The position numbers and the translations under genes are program-made. Shown here in pieces: positions 40,779 through 51,511 of a stretch of 64,000 bases of DNA (positions are counted from its first letter, which is position 1; every line of letters begins with the position of its first letter). Under the pieces are notes generated by a model that was not told the DNA's origin, did not search any database, and saw only the letters and a list, made by a program, of their open reading frames with translations. The stretch lies in contig CAWGYD010000008.1 in assembly GCA_963826785.1 (NCBI GenBank), positions 352,001-416,000 on the forward strand, written 5' to 3'. This stretch comes from an uncultured delta proteobacterium. GTDB taxonomy: Bacteria > Desulfobacterota > Desulfobacteria > Desulfobacterales > Desulfosalsimonadaceae.

Positions 40779-41054
40779 ATGAAAAAATCCCAAAAGAAAA
40801 CCGTCAATGCCCGGGTGAGGCTGCTCAGATCGTTGATTCGCGATTTTCCCTGGATCCATATCTTTCTGGGGCTGACTGGAAATCTCAGTTTTTTTATCGG
40901 CAGCATCTGCTTTTTATGGGAGAAATACAAACCTGCGGGCGTATGGCTCTTTATCATCGGCTCTTTCGGCATGCTGATCGGAAGCATGGGGCATGCCTTC
41001 ATCAAATGGGACGAATACCTGAACCATCAAAATGATGATTCGACAGACTTGTAA
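40779..41054 (+). CDS. YrhK-family membrane protein
   Basis: WIH..LG..GN..FFIGS..FL....GVWLFIIGS..MLIG; two TM segments. Confidence 0.8.
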   Translation: MKKSQKKTVNARVRLLRSLIRDFPWIHIFLGLTGNLSFFIGSICFLWEKYKPAGVWLFIIGSFGMLIGSMGHAFIKWDEYLNHQNDDSTDL

Positions 41055-41080
41055 TTCCATATTCACCCGGGAAATGATCG

Positions 41081-42163
41081 ATGGGCCATCAAAAAAAGAT
41101 TCTTCTCATGATCAAACGTAAATTGATCCTGCTGATGCTGCCGGCCTTTTGCCTTCTGGCCTGCGCGGGCAGAGCCGGTACACCGGCCTTTGCACAGAGC
41201 CGCTCCCTGAGCGAGGTTTTCAAGAAGGTCAACCCGTCTGTGGTTAAAATCATCACCCTTACACAGGCAGACAGGATTGACGCTTCCGGCGTTTCAGGCG
41301 CCGTCAGCTCCGGGGTGATCATTTCCGACCAGGGCCAGATCATGACTGCGGCCCACGCGGTGAATACCGCCGACAAGATCATGGTCATCCTCAGCAGCAG
41401 CCAGGTCATCGAGGCGGATGTGGTATCACTGTCCACCGATTCCGATATCGCGCTGATCGCGCTCAAAACCGTCCCGGAAACCCTCCCGGTGGCGCAGCTG
41501 GGAAATTCCGACCAGGTCAGCATCGGGGATGAGGTCTTTGTCATCGGCGCCCCCTATGGCATCGACCACACCCTGTCCGTCGGCCATATCAGCGGACGGA
41601 GAAAATCGCGCACGATTTGCCGGGAGATAACGCCGTTTGAATTTCTCCAGACCGATGCGGCCATCAACCAGGGCAATTCAGGAGGCCCCATGTTCAATGA
41701 AGCGGGGCAGGTGGTCGGCATCGTCAGCCGGATTCTTTCCAGCACCGGCGGGTCCATGGGACTGGGATTTGCCGTCTCCATCAATACCGCCCGGCAGCTC
41801 CTGTTGGAGAACCAGTCCTTCTGGATCGGATTTGACGCATTTTTGCTGTACGGAGACCTTGCCAAATCCTTCAATCTTCCCCAGGAAGCCGGCCTGCTGG
41901 TTCAGACCGTGGCACAAAATTCGCCCGGAGCGGATTTGGGGCTGAAGCCCGGAACCATTCCCGTCCAGATCGGCGACGATTCATTCCTCATCGGCGGAGA
42001 TATTGTCCTGACGGTCCAGGGCTTTCCGGTAACCTACTCGGTGGATGATGTGTGCGCCATCCAGGACACCATCGGCGGCTTTACGAAAGATAGCAGAATC
42101 GACCTGACCGTGCTGCGTGAAGGAAAAATCATCCACCTGACCACCGACGCCGGCGAAAAATAA
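41081..42163 (+). CDS. HtrA/DegP-like serine protease with PDZ domain
   Basis: Signal peptide; TAAH, SDIALI, QTDAAINQGNSGGP; C-terminal PDZ (SPG...GL.PG...GDI). Confidence 0.92.
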   Translation: MGHQKKILLMIKRKLILLMLPAFCLLACAGRAGTPAFAQSRSLSEVFKKVNPSVVKIITLTQADRIDASGVSGAVSSGVIISDQGQIMTAAHAVNTADKIMVILSSSQVIEADVVSLSTDSDIALIALKTVPETLPVAQLGNSDQVSIGDEVFVIGAPYGIDHTLSVGHISGRRKSRTICREITPFEFLQTDAAINQGNSGGPMFNEAGQVVGIVSRILSSTGGSMGLGFAVSINTARQLLLENQSFWIGFDAFLLYGDLAKSFNLPQEAGLLVQTVAQNSPGADLGLKPGTIPVQIGDDSFLIGGDIVLTVQGFPVTYSVDDVCAIQDTIGGFTKDSRIDLTVLREGKIIHLTTDAGEK

Positions 42164-42238
42164 CCGAGTCAAAGCGCCTGGCTTTGGGTGCCCCATTGAA
42201 AAGAAGGGGAAATCCGCAGAACCAAAAATTTTAAAACC

Positions 42239-42254
42239 GGGCATGCTTATTGCT
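42239..42254 (+). promoter_or_regulatory. Candidate sigma-54 promoter upstream of the ndvB-like gene
   Basis: GGGCATG-CTTA-TTGCT keeps GG-N10-GC spacing in an intergenic region. Confidence 0.55.
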
Positions 42255-42416
42255 TAAGCATGAGGCGCTGTGGTAATTACCGGATGCCTGCCGCCGGTCA
42301 GGCCTGTTTCCTTCAGTCCATTATTGACATTTTTTATAAAACCTTTAAAACAGTGAATCCGGTTTTCCCTTCAGGCACATTCTCATGCAAAACAACCATA
42401 TAACGTTTCGGCGGCC

Positions 42417-45062
42417 GTGTGGCCGACATATATTTTCCGTATCTGGGACCAACCATTGATAAATAAAGCCAATGTGGTGATCACGATTGCCATCGCCCTG
42501 GTGACGGTGAGCATCTGGGCGTTCTTCAACCGGCCGGAGAAAGAACCGCTGTGGCCCGAAAAAATCATGGGATTCTGTTATTCGCCCTACCAGGCCGACC
42601 AGAATCCCGCTGAAAAGCGCTATCCCACTGAAGAACAGCTCGAATCCGATCTGGCATTGATGTCCGGCAGGACCCACGCCATCCGCACCTATTCCATGGA
42701 GGGTCCTCTCGCCCGAATTCCCCGGCTTGCCCGGAAATACCATATCAACGTCGCCCTGGGCGCCTGGATCGGAAATGACCCGGCGCGCAACAAGGCGGAA
42801 ATCGATCAACTGATCCGTGGGGCCACCGATAACAGCAATGTGGTGCGGGTGATCGTCGGAAATGAAGCCATCCTGAGAAATGATATTCCCCTGCCCCAGC
42901 TCATCAATTATCTCATCCGGGTGCGAAAGGCCCTGCCCGCCCCGGTCAGCACGGCCGAGCCCTGGCATATCTGGCTCAAATACCCGGAACTGGCTGAAAA
43001 TGTCGATTTTCTGGCCGTGCATCTCCTCCCCTACTGGGAAGGAATCCCCCTTGACCATGCAGTGGATTTCTGCATCGAGCAGATTAAAAAGCTGGAAACC
43101 GCCTTTCCCGATAAACCCATCGTGATCACCGAGGTGGGCTGGCCCAGTGAGGGGCGCACCCGTCAGGGCGCAGTGGCATCCGCCGCAAACGAGGGCGCCT
43201 TTCTTCGGCGCTTCCTGGAACGGGCCACCCATGAAAATTACGTCTACTATGTCATGGAGGCGTTTGATCAGCCCTGGAAACGCCGGAATGAAGGGTCGGT
43301 GGGGGCGTATTGGGGGGTTTACGACGTTTATCGGAATCCGAAATTCGCTTTTTCCAAACCCATTATCAAAATACCGGAATGGCGGGTTCTGGCCGGCATT
43401 TCCGTGCTCATTGCCATCATCACCCTGATCATGCTGGTCATCAACAGTGAAACGCTCAATATCCGGGGCCGGGGGTTCCTGGCCCTGATCGCCTTCTCCC
43501 TTGCCACGGCATCCGTCTGGTCCACCTACGATTATGTGCACCAATACCTGACGCCCAGCACCATCATCATCGGCATCCTCATCGTGTTCGGCATCATCGG
43601 AATCATGCTGGTGCTCCTGACCGAGGCCCATGAATGGGCCGAAATCCTGTGGGTAAAGGAACGGCGCCGGAAATTCGTCCCGGTCCGGGTGGAAGACGAC
43701 CAGCTCCCCATGGTATCGATCCACCTGCCCATCCACAATGAACCGCCCCAAATGGTCCGGCAGACCCTGGACGGACTGGCCCGGCTGGATTACCCCCGGT
43801 TCGAGGTGATCGTCATGGACAACAACACCTGCGATCCGGACACATGGATGCCCGTTCAGGAATACTGCCGTCATCTCGGCCCGCATTTCCGCTTCTTTCA
43901 TGAGGAACATCTCCCCGGGTTCAAGGCGGGGGCGCTGAATTATGCGCTGCACCGGACCCATCCGGATGCTTCCGTGGTGGGGGTGATCGACAGCGATTAC
44001 GTGGTGGATCCGTCATGGCTGCGGGATCTGGTGCCCCAGTTCACCGTGAAATCGGTGGGCATTGTCCAGGCCCCACAGGATTATCGGGATGACGGGAAAA
44101 CAATTTTTAAGTCCATGTGCTATTCCGAATACCGGGGATTCTTCTTTATCGGCATGATCACCCGCAATGAACGCAATGCCATCATTCAGCACGGCACCAT
44201 GACCCTGATCCGGCGAAATGCGTTAAACGAAGTGGGCGGCTGGGGGCAATGGTGCATCACTGAAGATGCCGAACTGGGGCTGCGCATTTTCGAGCGGGGA
44301 TACGAGGCCATCTATATTCCCCGCAGCTACGGGAAAGGGCTGATGCCCGATACCTTCATCGATTACAAAAAACAGCGATTCAGGTGGGCGTATGGCGCCA
44401 TTCAGATCATCCGCAGACATGCGGGCAAACTGACCGGATTTACCAAAAGCCGGCTGACCGCCGGGCAGCGGTATCATTTCTGGGCCGGATGGCTCCCCTG
44501 GATGGCCGATTCCATAAACCTGGTCTTCAACATGGGCGCGCTCTTCTGGTCGCTGGGCATGGCCGTGGCGCCGGAACGGTTTGATCCGCCCCTGATCATC
44601 TGCTCCGCCTTTCCCCTGGCCCTGTTCTGCTTTAAAGTGTCGAAAATCCTGTTCATCTATCAGCAGGCCCATATCGTGGTGAGCGTTCGTCAAACCTTTG
44701 CCGCGGCCACGGCCGGACTGGCCCTGTCCCACACCATCGGAAAGGCGGTGCTGGCCGGTTTTTTTACCCGAAGCATGCCCTTTTTCCGAACCCCCAAAAT
44801 GGCGCGCAAACATGCCCTGCTTCAGGCCGTAAATGCCTCCCGTGAAGAATTTCTGATGATGATCGCCCTGTGGCTGCTGGCTTTCGGGATCCGGTTTTCC
44901 GGTGCGACCCCCTCGCCGGACCTGGCCATATGGATCGTGGTCCTGCTGATCCAGAGCCTCACCTATGCGGCCGCCGTCGCGGTCTCTCTGGTCAGCGCCC
45001 TCCCCTCCCTGGATTCGGGCAATCCGTCCATTACCGAAGAACCGGTCCTGACCAGCCGCTGA
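42417..45062 (+). CDS. ndvB: GH17 + GT2 fusion, NdvB-like cyclic beta-1,3-glucan synthase (start may be TTG at 42456)
   Basis: GH17 motifs (YSPY, IRTY, VGNE, HLLPYWE, TEVGWPS, EAFDQPWK), TM block, GT2 motifs (FKAGALN, IDSDY, QAPQDY, TEDAELG, QRFRW). Confidence 0.88.
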   Translation: MWPTYIFRIWDQPLINKANVVITIAIALVTVSIWAFFNRPEKEPLWPEKIMGFCYSPYQADQNPAEKRYPTEEQLESDLALMSGRTHAIRTYSMEGPLARIPRLARKYHINVALGAWIGNDPARNKAEIDQLIRGATDNSNVVRVIVGNEAILRNDIPLPQLINYLIRVRKALPAPVSTAEPWHIWLKYPELAENVDFLAVHLLPYWEGIPLDHAVDFCIEQIKKLETAFPDKPIVITEVGWPSEGRTRQGAVASAANEGAFLRRFLERATHENYVYYVMEAFDQPWKRRNEGSVGAYWGVYDVYRNPKFAFSKPIIKIPEWRVLAGISVLIAIITLIMLVINSETLNIRGRGFLALIAFSLATASVWSTYDYVHQYLTPSTIIIGILIVFGIIGIMLVLLTEAHEWAEILWVKERRRKFVPVRVEDDQLPMVSIHLPIHNEPPQMVRQTLDGLARLDYPRFEVIVMDNNTCDPDTWMPVQEYCRHLGPHFRFFHEEHLPGFKAGALNYALHRTHPDASVVGVIDSDYVVDPSWLRDLVPQFTVKSVGIVQAPQDYRDDGKTIFKSMCYSEYRGFFFIGMITRNERNAIIQHGTMTLIRRNALNEVGGWGQWCITEDAELGLRIFERGYEAIYIPRSYGKGLMPDTFIDYKKQRFRWAYGAIQIIRRHAGKLTGFTKSRLTAGQRYHFWAGWLPWMADSINLVFNMGALFWSLGMAVAPERFDPPLIICSAFPLALFCFKVSKILFIYQQAHIVVSVRQTFAAATAGLALSHTIGKAVLAGFFTRSMPFFRTPKMARKHALLQAVNASREEFLMMIALWLLAFGIRFSGATPSPDLAIWIVVLLIQSLTYAAAVAVSLVSALPSLDSGNPSITEEPVLTSR

Positions 45063-45384
45063 ATTTGACATGCCCGGCGAAAAACCCCCATATTTAATTT
45101 AAATCAGATCCGGGCACGACTCACCTTCTTCCTTTTTCACACCTGCGAAATCCACCTCCATCTGGTTGAGTGTAAAACACGAGACGCATCAATCCGGAGT
45201 TTTGCATGATCCTCAAATTTTGCACATATCGGCTTCCGGCGGCGTAAAGCGCTCTTCCTGCCGGAAGCCCGTCCCGTCCTCCAGGGGCCTCTTTCCGGAC
45301 CAGATAAAGCCCCGTCATGACAACAACCTGTTTTTCCATGCCCGGCCCCGGCCGATCCGCCGGCCCGGCAGACAAGGAGGCGAT

Positions 45385-45981
45385 ATGAAAAAGCAACTGC
45401 TGAACTACGACACCCTGCGCAAAATCACCGATGCCATTTCCCATTCCCGCGATCCCGAAGAAGTGGTCCTGATGACGGTCGACAGCATCAAGAGTGCGCT
45501 GGATGCAAAGGGGTGCACCCTTTTCCTGGTGAACCGAACCACCCATGAACTGGAAGTGGCCGCATCCTTTGGACTCAGCCACGAATATATCAATAAAGGT
45601 CCGGTCAGTGCGCTCAAGTCGATTTCCAAATCCCTGGAAGAAGGACCGGTGGCGATTTACGACGTCGCAGACGATCCGCGAATTCAGTACCCGGAAGCGG
45701 CGACAAAGGAAGGCATCGCATCGATCCTCTCGGCGCCCATCACCGTCCGGGGAAATGTCATCGGTGCCTTGAGGGTGTATACGGCCGAACCCTGGGAATT
45801 TGACATGGATGATGTGAATTTCGTCCAGGCGATGGCCAATATGGCAGGTATGGCCATCGACATGACCCGCTATTCAAAAGGCCTCAAGGACAGCATTGAA
45901 ATTCTTAAAACCCTCAGAGACCCCAAGACGATTAAATCCCGGAAACGAACCCCCTATGAAAGCGTCCCGATCAGCTTCTGA
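45385..45981 (+). CDS. Stand-alone GAF-domain protein
   Basis: AAGGAGG RBS; LEVAASFGLS..Y..KG, DPRIQYP..A..EGI.SILS.P...G..IG.LRVY. Confidence 0.88.
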   Translation: MKKQLLNYDTLRKITDAISHSRDPEEVVLMTVDSIKSALDAKGCTLFLVNRTTHELEVAASFGLSHEYINKGPVSALKSISKSLEEGPVAIYDVADDPRIQYPEAATKEGIASILSAPITVRGNVIGALRVYTAEPWEFDMDDVNFVQAMANMAGMAIDMTRYSKGLKDSIEILKTLRDPKTIKSRKRTPYESVPISF

Positions 45982-46222
45982 CAGCGGTTCGATTCATAGA
46001 CAAACAGCGCCCGCATGCCCAGGCCGGCGGGCGCCTGGAATTGCACCCGAACTACTCCCCGAAAAACTTGATAAAATACAGTCCATACCCCATTTACCCC
46101 GTCTCAGATCTTTACTATTCGATATCTGATGAGATGGCAAAAAGTCGTATTTCACGCTTTCGTATGTAAATTATCTTATGATCTGATGACATTTTTCAAA
46201 TGAAAAGCGATCAGGAGGCGGC

Positions 46223-48702
46223 ATGGCCAAAAGAAAACCGGGGCGTCAGGAACCCAAAAAACAGGATTCGGAGAACCTGAAGGATCTTCCGGTCGACAAA
46301 CTCATAAACCTTTTGAAAACGACCGCCGGCGGGCTGTCCACTCAAGAGGCCAATCAGCGCCAGGAGCAGTACGGATACAACGAACTTTCGGAAAAACGGG
46401 AAAGCGCCATTCTGCTGTTTCTCTCCTATTTCTATGGCACCATCCCCCTCATGATCATGGCGGCGGCCATCCTGTCTGCCGTCCTGGGGCACTATCCCAC
46501 CCTGGGCATCATCATGGCACTGCTGATCATCAATGCGGTGGTGGGATTCCGGGAAGAGCACCAGGCGGGGGATGCCATTGCCGCGCTCAAGCAGAAGCTG
46601 GCGGTCAAAGCCAATGTCCGGCGGGACGGCAAATGGATGAGCATTCCCGCCCGGGAACTGGTTCCCGGTGATGTCATCCGGCTGCGCATCGGCAGCATCA
46701 TCCCGGCGGATGCCAGACTTCTGGAGGGGGACGAGGTCCAGGTGGACCAGTCCGCCCTGACCGGAGAATCCATGCCGGTGAAGCACAAATCCGGTGATGC
46801 GGTCTATTCCGGCTCCATCCTCAAGCAGGGAGAAATCGATGCCGTGGTTTTTGCCACCGGCATCCACACCTACTACGGTAAAACCGCGCAGCTGGTGGAA
46901 TCGGCCAAGACCAAAAGCCACCTCCAGATCGCCATCATGAAAATGGCGGACTACCTGCTGGTGATCGCCATTTTCCTGTCCCTGGTCATCATCGGCGTGG
47001 TGTTTTCCCGCACTTCTCAGCTTCTGGAGGTGCTGCAGTTTGTTCTGGTGCTGATCGTGGCGGCCGTGCCCGTGGCCATGCCGGCCGTCCTCTCCGTGAC
47101 CATGGCGCTCGGGGCCAGCAAACTGGCCGATAAGCAGGCGATCGTCACCAAACTCTCCGCCATCGAGGAGGTGGCCGGCGTGGATATCCTCTGCTCGGAC
47201 AAGACCGGCACCCTCACCCAGTCCAAACTGACCCCGGGAGATCCATTTACGGTCAAGGGTGTCGCGCAGATGAGCTGATCCTTTATGCCGCCCTGGCATC
47301 CCGCGAGGAAGATCAGGATCCCATCGACATGGCCGTTCTCGGCGGCATTTCAGACCATGAAAAATTAAAATCATATGAAATTAAGCACTTCATGCCCTTT
47401 GACCCGGTGCACAAGCGCACCGAGGCATCGGTGGAAAGCCCAGAGGGGCCGGCGTTTAAAACCACCAAGGGGGCGCCGCAGGTTATCCTGGCGCTTGATC
47501 CCGATGCCTCGGGGATAAAGGATGAAGTGGAGCGCGCCATTGCCGATTTTGCCGGCCGCGGCTTTCGATCCCTGGGCGTGGCCCGCACCGGTGAAAATGG
47601 GAAGTGGCACTTCATGGGCATCATCCCCCTCTATGACCCGCTGCGGGAGGATACCAAGCCCACCATCGAGGCGGCCAAAAAACTGGGGCTTGCGGTGAAG
47701 ATGGTGACCGGCGACCAGGTGGCCATCGGAAAGGAAATCGCCCGGCAGCTGGACCTGGGCACCAACATTCTGGACGCATCCATGTTCGAGGAAACCCGGC
47801 CCCATGAGAGCGGCCAGCTGGAAGATGCCATTGAGGCCGCCGACGGTTTTGCCCAGGTCTTTCCCGAGCACAAATACCACATCGTGGATGTCCTCCAGAA
47901 GCGGGGCCATATTGTGGGGATGACCGGCGACGGCGTCAATGACGCCCCGGCCCTGAAAAAGGCAGACGCCGGCATCGCCGTTTCCGGGGCCACGGACGCG
48001 GCCCGGGCCGCGGCCAGCATCGCCCTGCTCAACCCCGGGCTTTCCGTGATTATCGACGCCATCCGGGAAAGCCGCCGGATTTTCGAGCGCATGCTGTCCT
48101 ACGCCGTCTACCGCATCGCCGAAACCGTGGCCCTGCTGGGCTTTATCACCATCGCCATCGTCTTTTTCAACATGTTCCCCGTCACCCCCATCATGATCGT
48201 ATTCCTGGCCATATTAAACGACGGATCGATTCTGTCCATCGCCTATGACAACACCCGCTCGGCCGAGGAGCCGCTGAGCTGGAACATGGTTTTCGTAATG
48301 GGAATGGCCGGGGTGCTGGGCAGCTATGCCGTGGCCCGCTCTCTGGGCATCTATGCCATCAGCACCTATTTGCTGCACATGGATCCGGACACCATCCGGA
48401 CCATGATCTACCTCAACCTTTCCGTGGGGGGCATACTGACCCTTTACGCGGCCCGCACCCGCGGCCCCTTCTGGTCTGTGGCCCCAGGAAAGATCCTGCT
48501 GCTCGTCACCTTGAGTGCCCAGATGATCGCCACGCTTCTGTCGGTGTACGGCATCCTCATGGCCCCTATCGGCTGGGCTAATGCCGGCATCATCTGGGGA
48601 TACTGCCTTGTGCTGTTTATCGTGCAGGATCAGGTCAAACTGGGCGCACGCCTCGTGTTCAGTGAAGGGCACTCGGGGTATTTCGGCCGGCACGCCAGAT
48701 AG
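46223..48702 (+). CDS. P-type H+-exporting ATPase (type IIIA), frameshifted near 47265
   Basis: DQSALTGES, PVAMPAV, LCSDKTGTLT, then in the second frame ADELILYAALAS...DPID, PFDPV.KRT, KGAP, MVTGD, FAQVFPEHKY, TGDGVNDAPALKKAD, AILND. Confidence 0.9.
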
Positions 48703-48892
48703 ACCGACGAAGAAGCCTCTCCTTTCCATTTTATTTTCATCCACACTCGACCGGAAGGTTGACAAGATCCTTATTTCATGAAAAGAATGAAATTTTTTCA
48801 CGAAAGATGAAACCAAATGCCCTTCATCGAAAGGGCTTTGGAAAACGAAAAAATCATAGGGAAGGACCAGTTTTTTTAACTGAATTTTAGCC

Positions 48893-50221
48893 ATGCGCAG
48901 AAATATTGAACATGTCGGCTGGGGACAGCTGAATTATGAAATCCGCGAGATCGTCGCTGTGGCAAAAGACGTCGAAGCAATGGGCATGACGGTCACATGG
49001 GAGAATATCGGGGATCCGATCCAGAAAGGGGAAAAAATGCTCCCCTGGATCAAGGAGATCATCCGGGATCTGGCCGCCTGCGACCACACCTACGGATACG
49101 TGCCCACGCCAGGGGTTCAGGAAACGCGCGAATTCGTGGCGGAGCTGGTGAACAAGCGGGGCAGCTATCAGGTAACCGCGGAAGATATCATCTTCTTCAA
49201 CGGACTGGGCGACGCAGTGGCCAAAATCTTCGGATTTCTGCGCCGGGAAGCCCGTGTCATCGGCCCATCGCCTGCCTATTCCACCCATTCCTCTGCCGAA
49301 GCCGCCCACTCCGGGTATGAGCACCTCACCTACGACCTGATCCCGGATGACAACTGGATGCCGGACCTGACCGACCTGGAAAACAAGGTCAAATATAACG
49401 ACTCCATTGCCGGCCTGCTGCTGATCAACCCGGATAACCCCACGGGGGCCGTTTATCCCCGCCACATATTGGAAGCCATGGTGGATATCGCCCGCCGGTA
49501 CGGCTTGTTCATCATCAGCGACGAGATTTACGCCAATATCGTCTACAACGGGGCGGAAATGGTCCACTTGAGCCAGATCATCGGCGATGTTCCGGGCATG
49601 GCCCTGCACGGCATCTCAAAGGAATACCCATGGCCGGGCGCGCGGTGCGGTTGGGCCGAAGTGTTCAACAAGGACCGCAACTCTGATTTCAAGCGCTACA
49701 TCAAAAGCCTCATGAATGCAAAGATGCTGGAGGTCTGTTCCACCAGCCTTCCGCAATATTCCATCCCCAAAGTCATCGGGGATCAGCGGTATGCGCATCA
49801 CGTGGCCAGCCGACGGAAGATGTTCGAAAGAAGAGCCACTGAAGCCTATGAGATCTTTTCCGCCTGCGAAAACGTGCATGTGGTCAAACCCCAGGGCGCT
49901 TTTTACATGACTGTTCTGCTGAAGGAGGAATATCTCCATCCGCGGCAATCCCTGGATATTAAAAACCCGCAGATCCGGCGCTATATCGAATCCAAGGTCC
50001 GCGATGTGAAAATCGACAAGCGCTTCGTTTACTATCTGCTGGGCGCGACGGGCATCTGCGTGGTCCCCCTCACCGGTTTCTGCTGCGACCGCAAGGGCTT
50101 TCGCATTACCCTGCTGGAAACCGACGACGAAAAAAGGCGCTGGACCTGGAACACCATCGTCAAGAGCATCGATGAATACATGGCCTCGGTCCCTGTGGTA
50201 AACGCCGCGAAGGCCTGCTGA
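48893..50221 (+). CDS. PLP-dependent class I/II aminotransferase (AlaA-like)
   Basis: YEIR, NIGDP, INPDNPTG, SDEIY, GISK..P.PGARCGW, GAFY. Confidence 0.9.
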   Translation: MRRNIEHVGWGQLNYEIREIVAVAKDVEAMGMTVTWENIGDPIQKGEKMLPWIKEIIRDLAACDHTYGYVPTPGVQETREFVAELVNKRGSYQVTAEDIIFFNGLGDAVAKIFGFLRREARVIGPSPAYSTHSSAEAAHSGYEHLTYDLIPDDNWMPDLTDLENKVKYNDSIAGLLLINPDNPTGAVYPRHILEAMVDIARRYGLFIISDEIYANIVYNGAEMVHLSQIIGDVPGMALHGISKEYPWPGARCGWAEVFNKDRNSDFKRYIKSLMNAKMLEVCSTSLPQYSIPKVIGDQRYAHHVASRRKMFERRATEAYEIFSACENVHVVKPQGAFYMTVLLKEEYLHPRQSLDIKNPQIRRYIESKVRDVKIDKRFVYYLLGATGICVVPLTGFCCDRKGFRITLLETDDEKRRWTWNTIVKSIDEYMASVPVVNAAKAC

Positions 50222-50300
50222 AACAAAGCGGCGACAGATTCACGTTGCAACCGACTTGCCTGGGATCGATGAACCCCGGCGCACCTGATCCCAGGGGGTG

Positions 50301-51203
50301 TCATTTTTCCGTAAAATACGGGACCACCATCACCGGAACCGTTGCCAGCCGCAACACCAGTTCGGTGGTTCTGCCAAAGACGGTGCTTTCCATGAACAGC
50401 CGGTGATTTGCCCCTATAATGATCAGATCATCCCGGTTTTCCCTGGCCTGGGCCAGGATCTGCTTGACCGCATTGCCTTTTCGCACCACGGTTTCAATTT
50501 CGCACGCATCTTGAACCGACCTGCCGATTTCCGAACACAGCCTTCTGACCTCTTCCTCGGCCCCGTCCGGCTGATGTTCTGAACTGTAGATCACGGTCAG
50601 GCGGGATTTAAACCGCCGGGCCATGGACACGGCCGCCTGCAGGGCGCAGGCGGCCGAAACCGTATCATTGCAGGGACACAGAATGCGCTTTAAGTGAAGG
50701 GCCTCCCCGGCATGGCTGACATCGATGAATTGATGGGCTTTCTGCCGCGCAGTGAATACGGGAATTTTCGCATTCCGGACCACGTTTTCCGCCACCGATC
50801 CCAGAAACAGGTGCTGCAACCCGCTGTGCCCGTGGGTTCCCATGATGATAAGATCAAATCCGCCCTGCTCCGCCGTGTCCAGGACAGCGTCCACCGGATG
50901 CCGGTCGATGACCCGGTAAGATATGGAGAGGCCTTCAACCAATGGCCCGAGAACCGTCGCGACATGAGCCCTCAGCTGACTTTCGACGGTCGTTTCCGCT
51001 TTTTTTAATTCGGAAAGGATCCAGGAATCATCTTTCCGGGAGAAATATCTCGGCACTTCAAATCTTTCCGCGTGAAGTACGGTCAATCCTGCCGAAAATT
51101 CCCGGGCACCCATTGCCGCATATTTCAGGGCCAGGCTCGAAAGATCGCTGAAATCAACCGGGCACAGGATCCGCCCGGGTTCAAATGGCTGTGGATGTTT
51201 CAT
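50301..51203 (-). CDS. Universal stress protein, tandem USP domains
   Basis: AAGGAGG RBS; RILCPVDFS...DLIIMGTHG...LGSVAE.V.R, then RILCP...DLIIIG...FGRTTE.V.R..PV. Confidence 0.92.
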   Translation of the reverse strand: MKHPQPFEPGRILCPVDFSDLSSLALKYAAMGAREFSAGLTVLHAERFEVPRYFSRKDDSWILSELKKAETTVESQLRAHVATVLGPLVEGLSISYRVIDRHPVDAVLDTAEQGGFDLIIMGTHGHSGLQHLFLGSVAENVVRNAKIPVFTARQKAHQFIDVSHAGEALHLKRILCPCNDTVSAACALQAAVSMARRFKSRLTVIYSSEHQPDGAEEEVRRLCSEIGRSVQDACEIETVVRKGNAVKQILAQARENRDDLIIIGANHRLFMESTVFGRTTELVLRLATVPVMVVPYFTEK

Positions 51204-51511
51204 AAAACCTCCTTCACAGGATGATAGGTCATGCCCGCATTTCCGATCCTCGATCAAAATGTAAACAATTACCGAATCATATTCAAATTTTTTTCGATAG
51301 GGTTTTATCATTACATGAATCAAATTGTTCCACGGAGATGATTGCGTTGATTTCCCACAAGAGTAACCATCCGATTTTTAAAATTAAATTAGGCCAACAG
51401 AGATGATCTGGTTTCCATTTTGCTGGAATACGCTCATTATATTTGTTATACTTATCTCTCGAAGATATAAAAGTTATCAGCGCATTCTTTACAGATCGGA
51501 GATGCCAAAAA

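Noticed and set aside
47276..47278. TGA ending the first ATPase ORF as a possible recoded codon
   Set aside because: Homology continues in a different frame starting upstream of it, so this is a frameshift and not readthrough.
50219..50275. Aminotransferase ends Cys-TGA (possible CU selenoprotein)
   Set aside because: This lies in a non-conserved tail beyond the domain, there is no convincing SECIS hairpin, and no redox role is expected.
51347..51360. TTGATTTCCCACAA as an Fnr/Crp-type site between usp and tolC
   Set aside because: Only one good half-site in an AT-rich region, so a chance match is likely.
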